From Candidatus Midichloria mitochondrii IricVA (lineage in GTDB: Bacteria; Pseudomonadota; Alphaproteobacteria; Rickettsiales; Midichloriaceae): a stretch of 32,000 nucleotides of DNA. Location of the stretch: the NCBI RefSeq assembly GCF_000219355.1, contig NC_015722.1, positions 990,001-1,022,000 on the forward strand. Direction: 5' to 3'. The position numbers and the translations under genes were made by a program. The stretch's first letter is position 1, and each line of letters begins with the position of its first letter. The notes beneath the pieces were generated by a model. The model was given only the letters and a program-made list of their open reading frames with translations. It had not been told where the DNA came from and ran no database searches. This document shows positions 9,536 through 18,299 of the stretch, in pieces.

Positions 9536-10309
9536 ATGCATATTGGCTGTGTAATTGATAAATTATCTACTTATGCAGTGCAGGCCTTTGAGCAGTTATC
9601 TCCTTTATATAATATTTTAGACGTCGAACATTGCTCCAAGCAAGATTTTGATGTGATATTAACGCTAGGTGGCGATGGCGCTATGCTTAAAGCATTGCAT
9701 AGCTTTATGCATAATAACATACCGATTTTTGGCATGAACCGGGGCTCAATTGGGTTTCTCCTTAACTCTTATAGCACAGACGATCTCATATCTAGAATTC
9801 AAAAAGCTAGTACAGCAGTACTAAGCCCTTTAGAAATGAAAGTTATAGATAAAGACGGGAAAACGCATTCTCATCTTGCTATTAACGAAGTATCTTTAAT
9901 TAGAGAGACTCACCAAGCTGCCAAGATTAAAATTAATGTTAATGGTGAGCTAAGATTAAATCACTTGGTCTCAGACGGTGTATTGGTCGCAACCCCAGCA
10001 GGCAGTACAGCTTATAATTATGCAGTAGGTGGTCCAATTATACCGATCAATGCTAATGTTATGGCTTTAAGCCCGATCAGTCCATTTAGACCTAGGCAGT
10101 GGCGGGGCGCTCTTATACTCAGAAGTGACGCAGTACAATTAGAAGTGCTTGAAACTGGTAAAAGGCCAGTAAGTGCAAGTGCTGATTCAGCTGAAGTTAG
10201 AGATGCAAAATTTGTTGAAATCAAAGAAAGAAGCGACATAAAATTATCCGTTCTTTTTGATTCTGATGATAAGCTGGAAACTAGAGCTATTAAAGAACAA
10301 TTTATTTAA
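9536..10309 (+). CDS. nadK: NAD kinase
   Basis: Motifs LTLGGDGAML, NEVSL and DGVLVATPAGSTAYNYAVGGPI. Confidence 0.9.
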   Translation: MHIGCVIDKLSTYAVQAFEQLSPLYNILDVEHCSKQDFDVILTLGGDGAMLKALHSFMHNNIPIFGMNRGSIGFLLNSYSTDDLISRIQKASTAVLSPLEMKVIDKDGKTHSHLAINEVSLIRETHQAAKIKINVNGELRLNHLVSDGVLVATPAGSTAYNYAVGGPIIPINANVMALSPISPFRPRQWRGALILRSDAVQLEVLETGKRPVSASADSAEVRDAKFVEIKERSDIKLSVLFDSDDKLETRAIKEQFI

Positions 10310-10326
10310 CTAATTAGAGTCTAATA

Positions 10327-11076
10327 ATGAGATTATTCTGGGAATACCTAAAAAGTACACTAATTGCAGTAATCGCTGCACTAATTTTTCGCTCTTTCTT
10401 TTTTGAAGCCTACAAAATACCTTCCAGCTCTATGACTCCAACACTTATGATAGGAGATTATCTCTTTGTTTCAAAGTACAGTTATGGTTATAGCAAACAT
10501 TCTTTCCCTATAGCGTTAGATAGAATCAAAGGAAGATTTTTTGCCAAGCAACCTGAAAGGGGCGATATCATTGTTTTTAAGTCGCCGCATGCAGATGACG
10601 ATAGATATTATATAAAAAGATTAGTAGGCCTGCCCGGCGATAAGATACAGGTCAGAAATGCCGTTGTATTTATCAATGATACCGCAGTAGAACGAAAAAA
10701 AGTAGGTGTATATCATCCTCTTTATAAAGACGAGCCCCAAGGAATTTTTAATTGTTACGAAGAAACGCTTCCAAACGGTGTAAGATATAATACTCTCGAT
10801 GCTAATTTTAGATTTCACAATGAATTTCCAGACCAGACCGCAGTTTATCATATCCCTCAAGGTTATTATTTCATGATGGGAGATCACCGCAATCGTTCTG
10901 TAGACAGCCGCTTTTTGTCCGACATGGGACTTATACCAGAAGAGAATCTTGTTGGAAGAGCTCAAATATTATTTTGGACTAGGGATTTTTCTTTTTGGAA
11001 AATTGTGACACAATTTAAATTGGATCGTCTCTTCAATAGATTAACTAATGACAATACCTTACACCTTCCGCAATAA
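10327..11076 (+). CDS. lepB: Signal peptidase I
   Basis: N-terminal TM segment, S26 catalytic boxes SSSMTPTL (Ser) and YIKRLVGLPGD (Lys region), and GDHRNRSVDSR. Confidence 0.9.
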   Translation: MRLFWEYLKSTLIAVIAALIFRSFFFEAYKIPSSSMTPTLMIGDYLFVSKYSYGYSKHSFPIALDRIKGRFFAKQPERGDIIVFKSPHADDDRYYIKRLVGLPGDKIQVRNAVVFINDTAVERKKVGVYHPLYKDEPQGIFNCYEETLPNGVRYNTLDANFRFHNEFPDQTAVYHIPQGYYFMMGDHRNRSVDSRFLSDMGLIPEENLVGRAQILFWTRDFSFWKIVTQFKLDRLFNRLTNDNTLHLPQ

Positions 11077-11716
11077 AAAATTATTAGACAAAGCACTTAC
11101 CCATCCAAGCTTTACTAAAGCTAGTCAAGTCGGTGAAAATGATTATGAACGTTTGGAATTTTTTGGAGATAGCATTTTATCTATGGTGATCACTGAATTA
11201 CTATATAAAAAGCATATCAACGCAACAGATAGCAAGTTATCTATTATGCATTCTAATCTTGTTAATTCTCAAAGCTTAGCAAAAGTTGCAATTAGTATAA
11301 ATCTTGGTAAATATCTTATCATGGATGAGGGTGAGGAGATTGCTGGAGGTAGAGATAATGTTAAAAATCTTGAAAACGCTATGGAGGCATTGATTGCAGC
11401 GGTTTACCTAGATAGTAATTATGAAACAGTTGCAGCTTTTATAAAAAAGTTATGGCGGCCACTACTTAACGACAAGAGTATTGGAGAAAAAGATAAAAAG
11501 TCTCTTCTTCAAGAATGGGCACAGCGTGACAATGGAGCTTTACCTATCTATAAAATTGTCAAAAGAGAGGGAGTAGCGCATTCTCCTACCTTCACGATAT
11601 CTGTGACCGCTCATGATATGCAAGCAATTGGAATAGGTAAGTCTAAAAAAGAAGCTGAGCAGAATGCAGCAACGGCGCTATTAAGCCAAATTAACGAACT
11701 AGAAAAGAAAAACTAA
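11048..11716 (+). CDS. rnc: Ribonuclease III
   Basis: Signature ERLEFFGDSIL, with a C-terminal dsRBD (PTFTISV...GIGKSKKEAEQNAA). It overlaps the lepB 3' end by 29 nt. Confidence 0.9.
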   Translation: MTIPYTFRNKKLLDKALTHPSFTKASQVGENDYERLEFFGDSILSMVITELLYKKHINATDSKLSIMHSNLVNSQSLAKVAISINLGKYLIMDEGEEIAGGRDNVKNLENAMEALIAAVYLDSNYETVAAFIKKLWRPLLNDKSIGEKDKKSLLQEWAQRDNGALPIYKIVKREGVAHSPTFTISVTAHDMQAIGIGKSKKEAEQNAATALLSQINELEKKN

Positions 11717-11719
11717 CAT

Positions 11720-12595
11720 ATGCAAAAAACTTTAGTAATAGCTCTCGCAGGCTGCCCAAACGCTGGTAAATCTACATTAATTAATAAAATCGTTGGACAA
11801 AAAATTGCCATTGTAACTTCAAAATGTCAAACCACAAGATTTAATACTAAAGGCATTACAAATATAGATGATACTCAATTAGTTTTTATAGATACTCCTG
11901 GCCTCTTTAAACCAAGCAGGCCCTTAGAAAAAAGTATAGTAAAACAAGCCAACTTAGGGTTAGAAGAAGCTGATCTTATATGTTTTATAGTGGATGCAAC
12001 ATTTGCCAAAAAACAGGATTTCTCAAGCATATTAAAGCAATTGCAAACTTTGAAAAAGCCTATAATTTTATTACTTAATAAAGTAGATGCCCTTAAAATT
12101 AAAAGCGAATTATTGCAATTATCACAAGACATGAATCGTCTGTATGACTTTGACTCTACTTTTATGATTTCTGCTAAAAAAGGTACCGGAATAAATGAAG
12201 TGTTAAATTATATACAGGCTAGGGCAATAGAGGGGCCTTGGTTATTCGATCAAGATATTGCAAGTCACATTACCGATAGAAACTTAGCAGAAGAAATTAC
12301 TAGAGAAGCCCTATACTATGCACTGGGTGCAGAGCTGCCTTATGCTTTGGAGGTACAAACTGAATTATGGGAAGACAAAGAGGACAGTAGTGTTAAGATT
12401 AACCAAGTAATTCATATACTTAAGGCATCGCAAAAGAAAATTATTTTAGGCACCCGGGGGCAGAAATTAAAAAGTATAGGTCAGCGTGCCAGAGAGCAAA
12501 TAGCAAAAATTTTGGAGCGGAATGTACATTTATTTCTCTATGTTAAAGTTAAGCCGGACTGGATAGAGCGAAGTGTTGCTGGATTTGGCAATTGA
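11720..12595 (+). CDS. era: GTPase Era
   Basis: G1 GCPNAGKST, G3 DTPG, G4 NKVD, and a C-terminal KH domain. It sits in the conserved lepB-rnc-era order. Confidence 0.9.
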   Translation: MQKTLVIALAGCPNAGKSTLINKIVGQKIAIVTSKCQTTRFNTKGITNIDDTQLVFIDTPGLFKPSRPLEKSIVKQANLGLEEADLICFIVDATFAKKQDFSSILKQLQTLKKPIILLLNKVDALKIKSELLQLSQDMNRLYDFDSTFMISAKKGTGINEVLNYIQARAIEGPWLFDQDIASHITDRNLAEEITREALYYALGAELPYALEVQTELWEDKEDSSVKINQVIHILKASQKKIILGTRGQKLKSIGQRAREQIAKILERNVHLFLYVKVKPDWIERSVAGFGN

Positions 12596-13110
12596 TTGGT
12601 ACTTCTAATTATAATAGCTATTTTGAAACTTTGATTAAGAGCGTACTCGCGATAAATTTTTCCGCAGGCAAACCAAAATAATCCTTGAAACATCACTGCC
12701 CCGATGGGTATCCCCATTACTTCTTCGCGCAAGAAGCTTGGAGAGTAGCATAATTTTTATGCTGGGGTTTAATACCTGTTGTATCAATTGAAGCATTGGA
12801 TGGGCTTATTCTGAAGCCTATGGTTATGAAAGAGGTGCCCCATAGGGTTTGGACACCGCTCTTTTGGTTAGAAGGCCTATCTTTGAGCAGCAGCGAAGGG
12901 AAGCTTCAGCGGCTTGGCGCTTTAGCAGTTTTCAAAGACCCTCCAGTAAGATGTTGAGTGATGATCTGCTTTGAAAAGCTCGGTTGCTTATGGTCCGCCT
13001 TGCAAGCGAAGCTTGCAAAGGGGCAGAAGGTAGGCCATTTTCCATTGCAACTCGCTTTATCTATAGTTTTCTTAGAGGGAAATCGCCCATCTGTCCCTAT
13101 CACCCCTTAA
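12592..13110 (+). pseudogene. Decayed CDS in a single frame with in-frame stops; possibly a recO remnant (weak call based on synteny)
   Basis: One frame (phase of 12592) runs ~520 nt with only three internal stops (12679, 12751, 12952) before a fourth closes it at 13108. An AT-rich random frame should have roughly a dozen. The position immediately after rnc-era is where recO usually sits. There is a weak resemblance to RecO blocks: SAGKPK*SLKHHCP versus AKGARSKRSTLKGALQP, and CFEKLG...LAKGQKV versus RFELALLGHLGY...CAGSGEPV. Confidence 0.3.
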
Positions 13111-13200
13111 TTTATAAGCAGTATACTTGCTTTATAGTACTATTGCCTTTGCTGCTCCCATGTTTCAAGGTAAGAGTCAAAACTCACTATTACAACTAAA

Positions 13201-13529
13201 TTAATTAGACCAACCTTGGTTTAAGATTAAATTATGCCCTAAAGTCAATTCTTCATCTAACCCAAGAATAGCAATGGCTGTATATCCGCTATGAGCATCC
13301 TTATTGCTCACTCCATGCCATATTCTAGCTGCCATATGACCCTCTCTTTAGCCATCGGGACACGGAGCTCTATCTCTGCACCTTTTACAATCAGAAAACG
13401 AGCTTCATTGTTCAGAAGAATAGCAATACTCTACCTCACTAGAATCAATCTCTCGGTCATGACAGAAGAGAACCACCTTATCACGCTCACTGTTAAAGTG
13501 CCTGATAAGGCTAACTTTCTAACTATTAA
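13201..13529 (-). pseudogene. N-acetylmuramoyl-L-alanine amidase (Amidase_2/AmpD-like) remnant, frameshifted; 5' end removed by IS982
   Basis: Reverse-strand pieces lie in different frames: KVVLFCHDREIDSSEVEYCYSS, then EARFLIVKGAEIELRVPMAKE, then AARIWHGVSNKDAHSGYTAIAILGLDEE. Compare E. coli AmpD: LLVVHNISL..., SAHCLIRRDGEIVQYVPFDKRAWHAGVS...FSIGIELEG. The remnant abuts the IS982 end at 13530. Confidence 0.45.
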
Positions 13530-13831
13530 AACCTCAGTTTGACGTAAGGAGTAGGCCCGCGAGCCTATTTTCCGCGAGATAGAGGGTTTATCGGGTTTGA
13601 AGACATAAGCCAAGAGCCCTGAGAAAGAGGTCTGCCAAGAAATTGTTTGGCAAGCGATGCCGTGTTGTGCTGGATTTGTCAAATCTCTTTCAATTGTCCG
13701 ATGGCTGTTTCAATCAATCCACGCCCTCGCAAGAAGCAGTTGTTTAAAAGCCGCAAGCGGGTTTTGTTTTTCATGTTTTTCTTAAGCCGTGGGTGACGAG
13801 CTCAATACCTTGATTGCTCAGTGTTTCTGTT
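13530..13831 (-). mobile_element. IS982-family 3'-terminal fragment (~300 bp), inverted; forms the left arm of a compound element
   Basis: It starts with AACCTCAGTTTGACGTAAGG (the inverted right IR). It is the reverse complement of the last ~300 bp of the adjacent + copy (about 14238-14539), including the locus-specific variant CCCGATAAACCCTCTATCTCGCGGAAAATAGGCTCGCGGGCC. It stops at ..CAGTGTTTCTG, directly abutting the next copy's left IR. Confidence 0.8.
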
Positions 13832-14539
13832 AACCCCAGTTTGAGGTAAGTTTTAAAGAAATTATCTGATATGGCTTCAAAGAAGCTGTGTAACAATTAA
13901 GTTTTTCTCAATTTCACGATAAATAAGAAAAGTGGTTCCCCTAGTAAGAAATCGGCCATCCCGTTAGTCGTTCTGCTGAATTGCTGCAAAGGAAAACAAA
14001 CAGGTACGTTGACTCAACAAAAAGCTGGAAAAGGTTTGTCATAACTTACGTACTAGCCGTAATAAGGTCCTTAAAGGCATCGCTCAGCGTGGGAAAACGT
14101 CGACCCGGATGGTTCTTTGGCCTCAATGATCAAGGAGAGATTATGTCATTCACACTGACCTCGGAATACGGACGATCGAGCCGTTATCGAGAAACTGACT
14201 CAATATTTGACAGGCCTTCTATTCGGAGATCGGTGGTATATAAGCAAAAACACTGAGCAATCAAGGTATTGAGCTCATCACACGACTTAAGAAAAACATG
14301 AAAAACAAAATCCGCTTGCGGCTTTTAAACAACTGCTTCTTGCAGGGCGTGGATTGATTGAAACAGCCATCGGACAATTGAAAGAGATTTGCCAAATCCA
14401 GCACCACGGCATCGCTTGCCAAACAATTTCTTGGCAGACCTCTTTCTCAGGGCTCTTGGCTTATGTCTTCAAACCCGATAAACCCTCTATCTCGCGGAAA
14501 ATAGGCTCGCGGGCCTACTCCTTACGTCAAACTGAGGTT
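13832..14539 (+). mobile_element. IS982-family copy B with a ~245-bp internal deletion (defective)
   Basis: Left IR AACCCCAGTTTGAGGTAAG at 13832; right IR ..CTTACGTCAAACTGAGGTT ends at 14539. Relative to copy A, the segment between CCTAGTAGAAAT and CGGTCATCCCG (copy A about 6603-6849) is missing. It shares copy A's frameshifts (ORF 13981..14256 = VITYVLAVIRSLKASLSVGKRRPGWFFGLNDQGEIMSFTLTS). Confidence 0.8.
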
Positions 14540-14621
14540 AAAAACGAAAGCGGAAAGGATTATATGAGCAGTCAAATTAAAGATTCGGCCATTAATTTCA
14601 GTTAACTGTAGCTGTTTTATA

Positions 14622-14649
14622 TTGACTTTCACTATTTGCCGTTTATAAA
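14622..14649 (+). promoter_or_regulatory. Candidate sigma70-type promoter for rpmH-rnpA-yidD-yidC
   Basis: TTGACT (14622-14627), a 16-nt spacer, then TATAAA (14644-14649), ~35 nt upstream of the rpmH ATG. AT-rich DNA produces such matches easily. Confidence 0.35.
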
Positions 14650-14683
14650 GGAGCGAGAGTTTTATTTATATAATTGCAGTTTT

Positions 14684-14824
14684 ATGTCTACTAAGAGAAC
14701 CTATCAGCCAAGTAAATTAGTTAGAAAGCGCCGCCATGGTTTTAGAGCTAGGATGGCAACTGTTGGTGGTAGAAAAATTTTGAATAACCGCAGAGCACAA
14801 GGGCGCAAGGTCCTGTCAGCTTAA
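14684..14824 (+). CDS. rpmH: 50S ribosomal protein L34
   Basis: [46 protein letters not shown] is a canonical L34. The ORF-track start at 14636 is an upstream extension. Confidence 0.95.
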   Translation: MSTKRTYQPSKLVRKRRHGFRARMATVGGRKILNNRRAQGRKVLSA

Positions 14825-14833
14825 GTTTCTTAT

Positions 14834-15217
14834 GTGGTGACCTTCAGCATTAAAAGGCTAAAAAAATCATTAGACTTTAAAAAAATCACAAACGACGGTC
14901 TGAAGGTTTATTCTTCGAGCTTTTTATTATTTTATACACCTAATTATGAAGACCTTAAAACTTTGAAGGTAGGCTTTACTGCAAGTCGAAGAATAGGTGG
15001 AGCAGTGCAAAGAAATCGCTGCAAAAGGCTTATGAAATCATTAATAGCTGATGTCTTGAGCAAGAATATAACCTTGCCCTTTCAATGTGTTATGGTTGCA
15101 AAGCCTGGTATATTGCTCACTCCTTATAGAAAATTGAAGGAAGAAATGCTGTTTTGCACAAAAAAAATGGAGAAATCTATTGCAAGTTTTGATACATATA
15201 CTCAAAAAATCGCTTAA
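14834..15217 (+). CDS. rnpA: Ribonuclease P protein component
   Basis: GTG start. The RNR-type motif FTASRRIGGAVQRNRCKRLMK is present, and the position directly after rpmH fits. Confidence 0.85.
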   Translation: MVTFSIKRLKKSLDFKKITNDGLKVYSSSFLLFYTPNYEDLKTLKVGFTASRRIGGAVQRNRCKRLMKSLIADVLSKNITLPFQCVMVAKPGILLTPYRKLKEEMLFCTKKMEKSIASFDTYTQKIA

Positions 15218-15443
15218 GTTAATAAGCTTTTTGTTAACTCGGGTGGCTATTTTACTTGTTTTGGGGTATAGGTACATATTATCACCAATTTTACCTTCTG
15301 CATGTAGATACGGAATCACTTGCTCAGAGTACGCGGTTTTTTCTTTTAAAAAGCATGGGTTGATAATTGGGCTCTGGAAAACATTGAAAAGGCTTGGCTC
15401 GTGCCACCCCTTTTGTAATTATGTTGACGAAGATTTTAAGTAG
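15180..15443 (+). CDS. yidD: Membrane protein insertion efficiency factor YidD (true start probably downstream, about 15189-15243)
   Basis: YRYILSPILPSACRYGITCSEYAVFSFKKHGLIIGLWKTLKRLGSCHP matches the YidD signature (..Y...SP....CR..P.CS.Y......G......R..RCHP). It lies between rnpA and yidC. Confidence 0.8.
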   Translation: MQVLIHILKKSLKLISFLLTRVAILLVLGYRYILSPILPSACRYGITCSEYAVFSFKKHGLIIGLWKTLKRLGSCHPFCNYVDEDFK

Positions 15444-15457
15444 CTTTTTGAGGTCAT

Positions 15458-17119
15458 TTGATGGAACAATTTAGGTTAGTTCTCGCTGTTATTTTAAGTA
15501 CAGCAATTTTATTTGGTTGGCAGTATTTTTTCGCTCCACCCATCCTAAGTCCTAAATCAACAGAAATTAGCGCAACAGCTGATAACCAAATAAACATCTC
15601 ACCAGAACTCCATATCGCTGCTATAAACCAAGACAAAGCAGAAATATTAAAACAAGATTTTGAGCAGTCTAAGCGAATTAGAATTTTTAATGAGTATGTC
15701 TCTGGCTCTATAAACCTACAGGGCGCAAGGTTAGACGATTTAATATTGCTAAAATACGGAAAAGATCTCAGCACCAAAGATAAAGTAGTATTGCTTTCAC
15801 CGAAAAATACTCAAAAAAGTTACTTCGCAGAATTTGGTTGGTTAAGTACTAATAATAAATTTGATTTGCCAAATAACAAAACTATCTGGAAAGTAGCTGA
15901 TATCAGCAGTCCAAACTCTGCGAATTTATACTGGATTAATAATCAGGGAATTAAGTTTACTATTAAAGTTACATTGGATGAGAATTACTTATTTGATATC
16001 AATCAAGGAATAGAAAATACCTCCTCTGAAGATATTATCGTTTACCCTTATACTTCGGTAAATAGATCTTATGGTCAAAATGAATCTAATGCCATAGTCC
16101 ACGAGGGTGCAATCGCCGTATTTGATAATCAGCTTACCGAATATAGCTTCAGTGATTTAAAAGAAGAAAGTATAGAAAAAAAACAGCAAAAAGGATGGAT
16201 AGGCTTTTCTGATAAATATTGGCTTGTTTCCATTCTACCAAACCCAAATGCTTTATTTAATGCTAAATTGACCGGGTTTGGCCATAAATATCAAGCAGAT
16301 ATCTTAAAAAATAAAATAACCGTATCTCCAGGACAAAGCTTTAATAACACAGTACGCCTATTCGCTGGAGCTAAGAATATAGATCTATTGCATCAGTATC
16401 AAGATCAATACCATATTCCTCTTTTTGATCGAGCAGTCGATTTTGGAATACTTTACTTTATTACTAAGCCTATATTTCTATTACTAAATTACTTCTATAA
16501 TGTTGTAGGTAATTTTGGAGTGGCGATATTAATTTTAACTATCTTTATTAAGATCTTATTATTTCCGCTTGCATATAAAGGCTTTGTAAATATGAACAGA
16601 CTAAAGGTGCTCCAACCTCAGCTTGCGACCATCAAAGAAAGGTATGGTGATGACGTCGTTGCATTTCAAAAATCGGTAATGGAGCTTTATAAAAAAGAGA
16701 AGGTAAATCCTATGTCTGGATGCCTGCCTTTACTTTTACAAATGCCAGTGTTTTTTGCATTATATAAAGTACTTTCCGTAACCATCGAAATGAGACACGC
16801 TCCTTTTTTTGGGTGGATAAAAGATTTGTCCGCTCCAGATCCAACTACTATATTTAATTTATTTGGCTTACTTCCATGGAGCGTTCCTTCCTTCTTAATG
16901 ATGGGAGTGCTGCCTATGTTGATGGCTATTACTATGCATATGCAGCAAAGCTTAAATCCTGCCCCCGCAGATCCAACCCAAGCACAGGTAATGAAGTATT
17001 TACCTTTAATTTTCTTATTTGTTTTTGCTTCATTTCCATCCGGCCTTGTACTTTATTGGACTTGGAGCAATATTTTATCAATTATCCAACAAATTGTTAT
17101 TAAAAGAATCGTTAAATAG
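15458..17119 (+). CDS. yidC: Membrane protein insertase YidC
   Basis: 553 aa with an N-terminal TM segment plus periplasmic domain. C-terminal core: GNFGVAILILTIFIKILLFPL, KVNPMSGCLPLLLQMPVFFALY, LVLYWTWSN. Confidence 0.95.
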   Translation: MMEQFRLVLAVILSTAILFGWQYFFAPPILSPKSTEISATADNQINISPELHIAAINQDKAEILKQDFEQSKRIRIFNEYVSGSINLQGARLDDLILLKYGKDLSTKDKVVLLSPKNTQKSYFAEFGWLSTNNKFDLPNNKTIWKVADISSPNSANLYWINNQGIKFTIKVTLDENYLFDINQGIENTSSEDIIVYPYTSVNRSYGQNESNAIVHEGAIAVFDNQLTEYSFSDLKEESIEKKQQKGWIGFSDKYWLVSILPNPNALFNAKLTGFGHKYQADILKNKITVSPGQSFNNTVRLFAGAKNIDLLHQYQDQYHIPLFDRAVDFGILYFITKPIFLLLNYFYNVVGNFGVAILILTIFIKILLFPLAYKGFVNMNRLKVLQPQLATIKERYGDDVVAFQKSVMELYKKEKVNPMSGCLPLLLQMPVFFALYKVLSVTIEMRHAPFFGWIKDLSAPDPTTIFNLFGLLPWSVPSFLMMGVLPMLMAITMHMQQSLNPAPADPTQAQVMKYLPLIFLFVFASFPSGLVLYWTWSNILSIIQQIVIKRIVK

Positions 17120-17121
17120 GT

Positions 17122-18192
17122 ATGCCTAGAAAGAAAATAGTTGTGGCCATGTCTGGAGGAGTTGATAGTTCCACTGTTGCAGCACTGCTCCATGAACAAG
17201 GCCACGAAGTGATAGGAGTGACAATGCAGCTTTATGATTACGGCAGCTTCGTTGGTAAAAAAGGGGCATGTTGTGCTGGGCAAGATATATATGATGCCCA
17301 AATGGCTGCTGAGAAAATTGGTATACCTCATTATGTTTTAAATTATGAGAGCATTTTTAAGCAGTCTGTAATAGATGATTTCGCTGATAGTTATATCAGA
17401 GGCGAAACACCAGTTCCGTGCGTGCGTTGCAATCAAAAAGTAAAGTTTAATGATCTTTTTAAGGTAGCTAAGGATTTAGGCGCAGACTCCCTTGCAACTG
17501 GCCATTACGCACAAAAAATCATTAAAAACGGCACTGCAGAACTCCATAAAGGGTTTGATCCTGCCAAAGACCAAAGTTATTTTCTATTTACTATAACCAA
17601 AGAACAATTAGAATTTCTAGAATTTCCAGTTGGTCATTTAAATAAATCCAATACCCGGGATTTAGCCAATAGATGCGGGTTAAATGTTGCAGACAAACCG
17701 GATAGCCAAGATATATGCTTTGTTCCTGAAGGGGGCTATACTAAAGTTATTGAAAAGTTAAGACCTGAAGCCTTTGAAGTTGGTAATATTGTATTAAAAG
17801 ATGGCACAGTCGTTGGACAACACAACGGTATTGTTTATTATACAATTGGGCAGCGCAGGGGTTTGGGAATAGCAAGCGCTGAACCACTTTATGTCCTCAA
17901 AATAGATCCGCAAAACAACCAAATAATTGTCGGTAGTAAAACTGATCTAAAATCTTATGATTTAAAAATAAAAGACATTAATTGGCTCATAGATGAACCA
18001 GTGGCTCTAGAGTGTTCAGTCAAATTAAGATCTATGCATGGAGGAAGCCTTGCTACAGTGACAACTATCCAAGATGGTACTGCAAATGTCTCACTTCAAG
18101 ATCCATACGAAGGTATAACTCCAGGACAAGCTTGTGTTATGTATGATGGCACTAGGGTTTTAGGTGGCGGATGGATTGCAAAGTATGACTAG
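17122..18192 (+). CDS. mnmA: tRNA-specific 2-thiouridylase MnmA
   Basis: PP-loop VVAMSGGVDSS, CVRCN, DQSYFLF and QRRGLG motifs. Confidence 0.9.
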   Translation: MPRKKIVVAMSGGVDSSTVAALLHEQGHEVIGVTMQLYDYGSFVGKKGACCAGQDIYDAQMAAEKIGIPHYVLNYESIFKQSVIDDFADSYIRGETPVPCVRCNQKVKFNDLFKVAKDLGADSLATGHYAQKIIKNGTAELHKGFDPAKDQSYFLFTITKEQLEFLEFPVGHLNKSNTRDLANRCGLNVADKPDSQDICFVPEGGYTKVIEKLRPEAFEVGNIVLKDGTVVGQHNGIVYYTIGQRRGLGIASAEPLYVLKIDPQNNQIIVGSKTDLKSYDLKIKDINWLIDEPVALECSVKLRSMHGGSLATVTTIQDGTANVSLQDPYEGITPGQACVMYDGTRVLGGGWIAKYD

Positions 18193-18299
18193 TGTTTTCA
18201 CTTATAAAAATACTTGCGCCTTTATTGAAATAAGATACGACCATCTTGGAATAGGACTCAAGCAACAAACTACTACAATCCAACCAAATTTAATGCTTG

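Noticed and set aside
12538-12732. Minus-strand 64-aa ORF with a hydrophobic stretch (GIPIGAVMFQGLFWFACG), convergent with era.
   Set aside because: It overlaps the era 3' end by ~58 nt, has no recognisable family motif, and lies antisense to the nearly open + frame interpreted as a decayed gene.
12700-13100. Possible structured RNA (tmRNA or RNase P RNA). The region is locally GC-richer and has hairpins: CTTCTT-CGCGC-AAGAAG at 12720-12736, AGCATAA-TTT-TTATGCT at 12748-12764, and TTGCAAGC-GAA-GCTTGCAA at ~12999-13017. It also has a pseudoknot-like pairing (CCTATGG..AAAGAGGTG..CCATAGG..CACCGCTCTTT at ~12818-12872), followed by an Ala-rich mini-ORF (GCA GCA GCG AAG GGA AGC TTC AGC GGC TTG GCG CTT TAG).
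   Set aside because: On neither strand could I find a tRNA-like domain (no GGTTCGA-type T-loop, and no acceptor strand ending in ACCA that pairs with a GGGG 5' end). I also found no RNase P CR-I motif (GAGGAAAGTCC). The tag candidate does not end in the usual (L/V)AA. A single, nearly open protein frame explains the composition better (see the recO-remnant call). A covariance-model scan (Rfam tmRNA, alpha_tmRNA, RNaseP_bact_a) would settle it.
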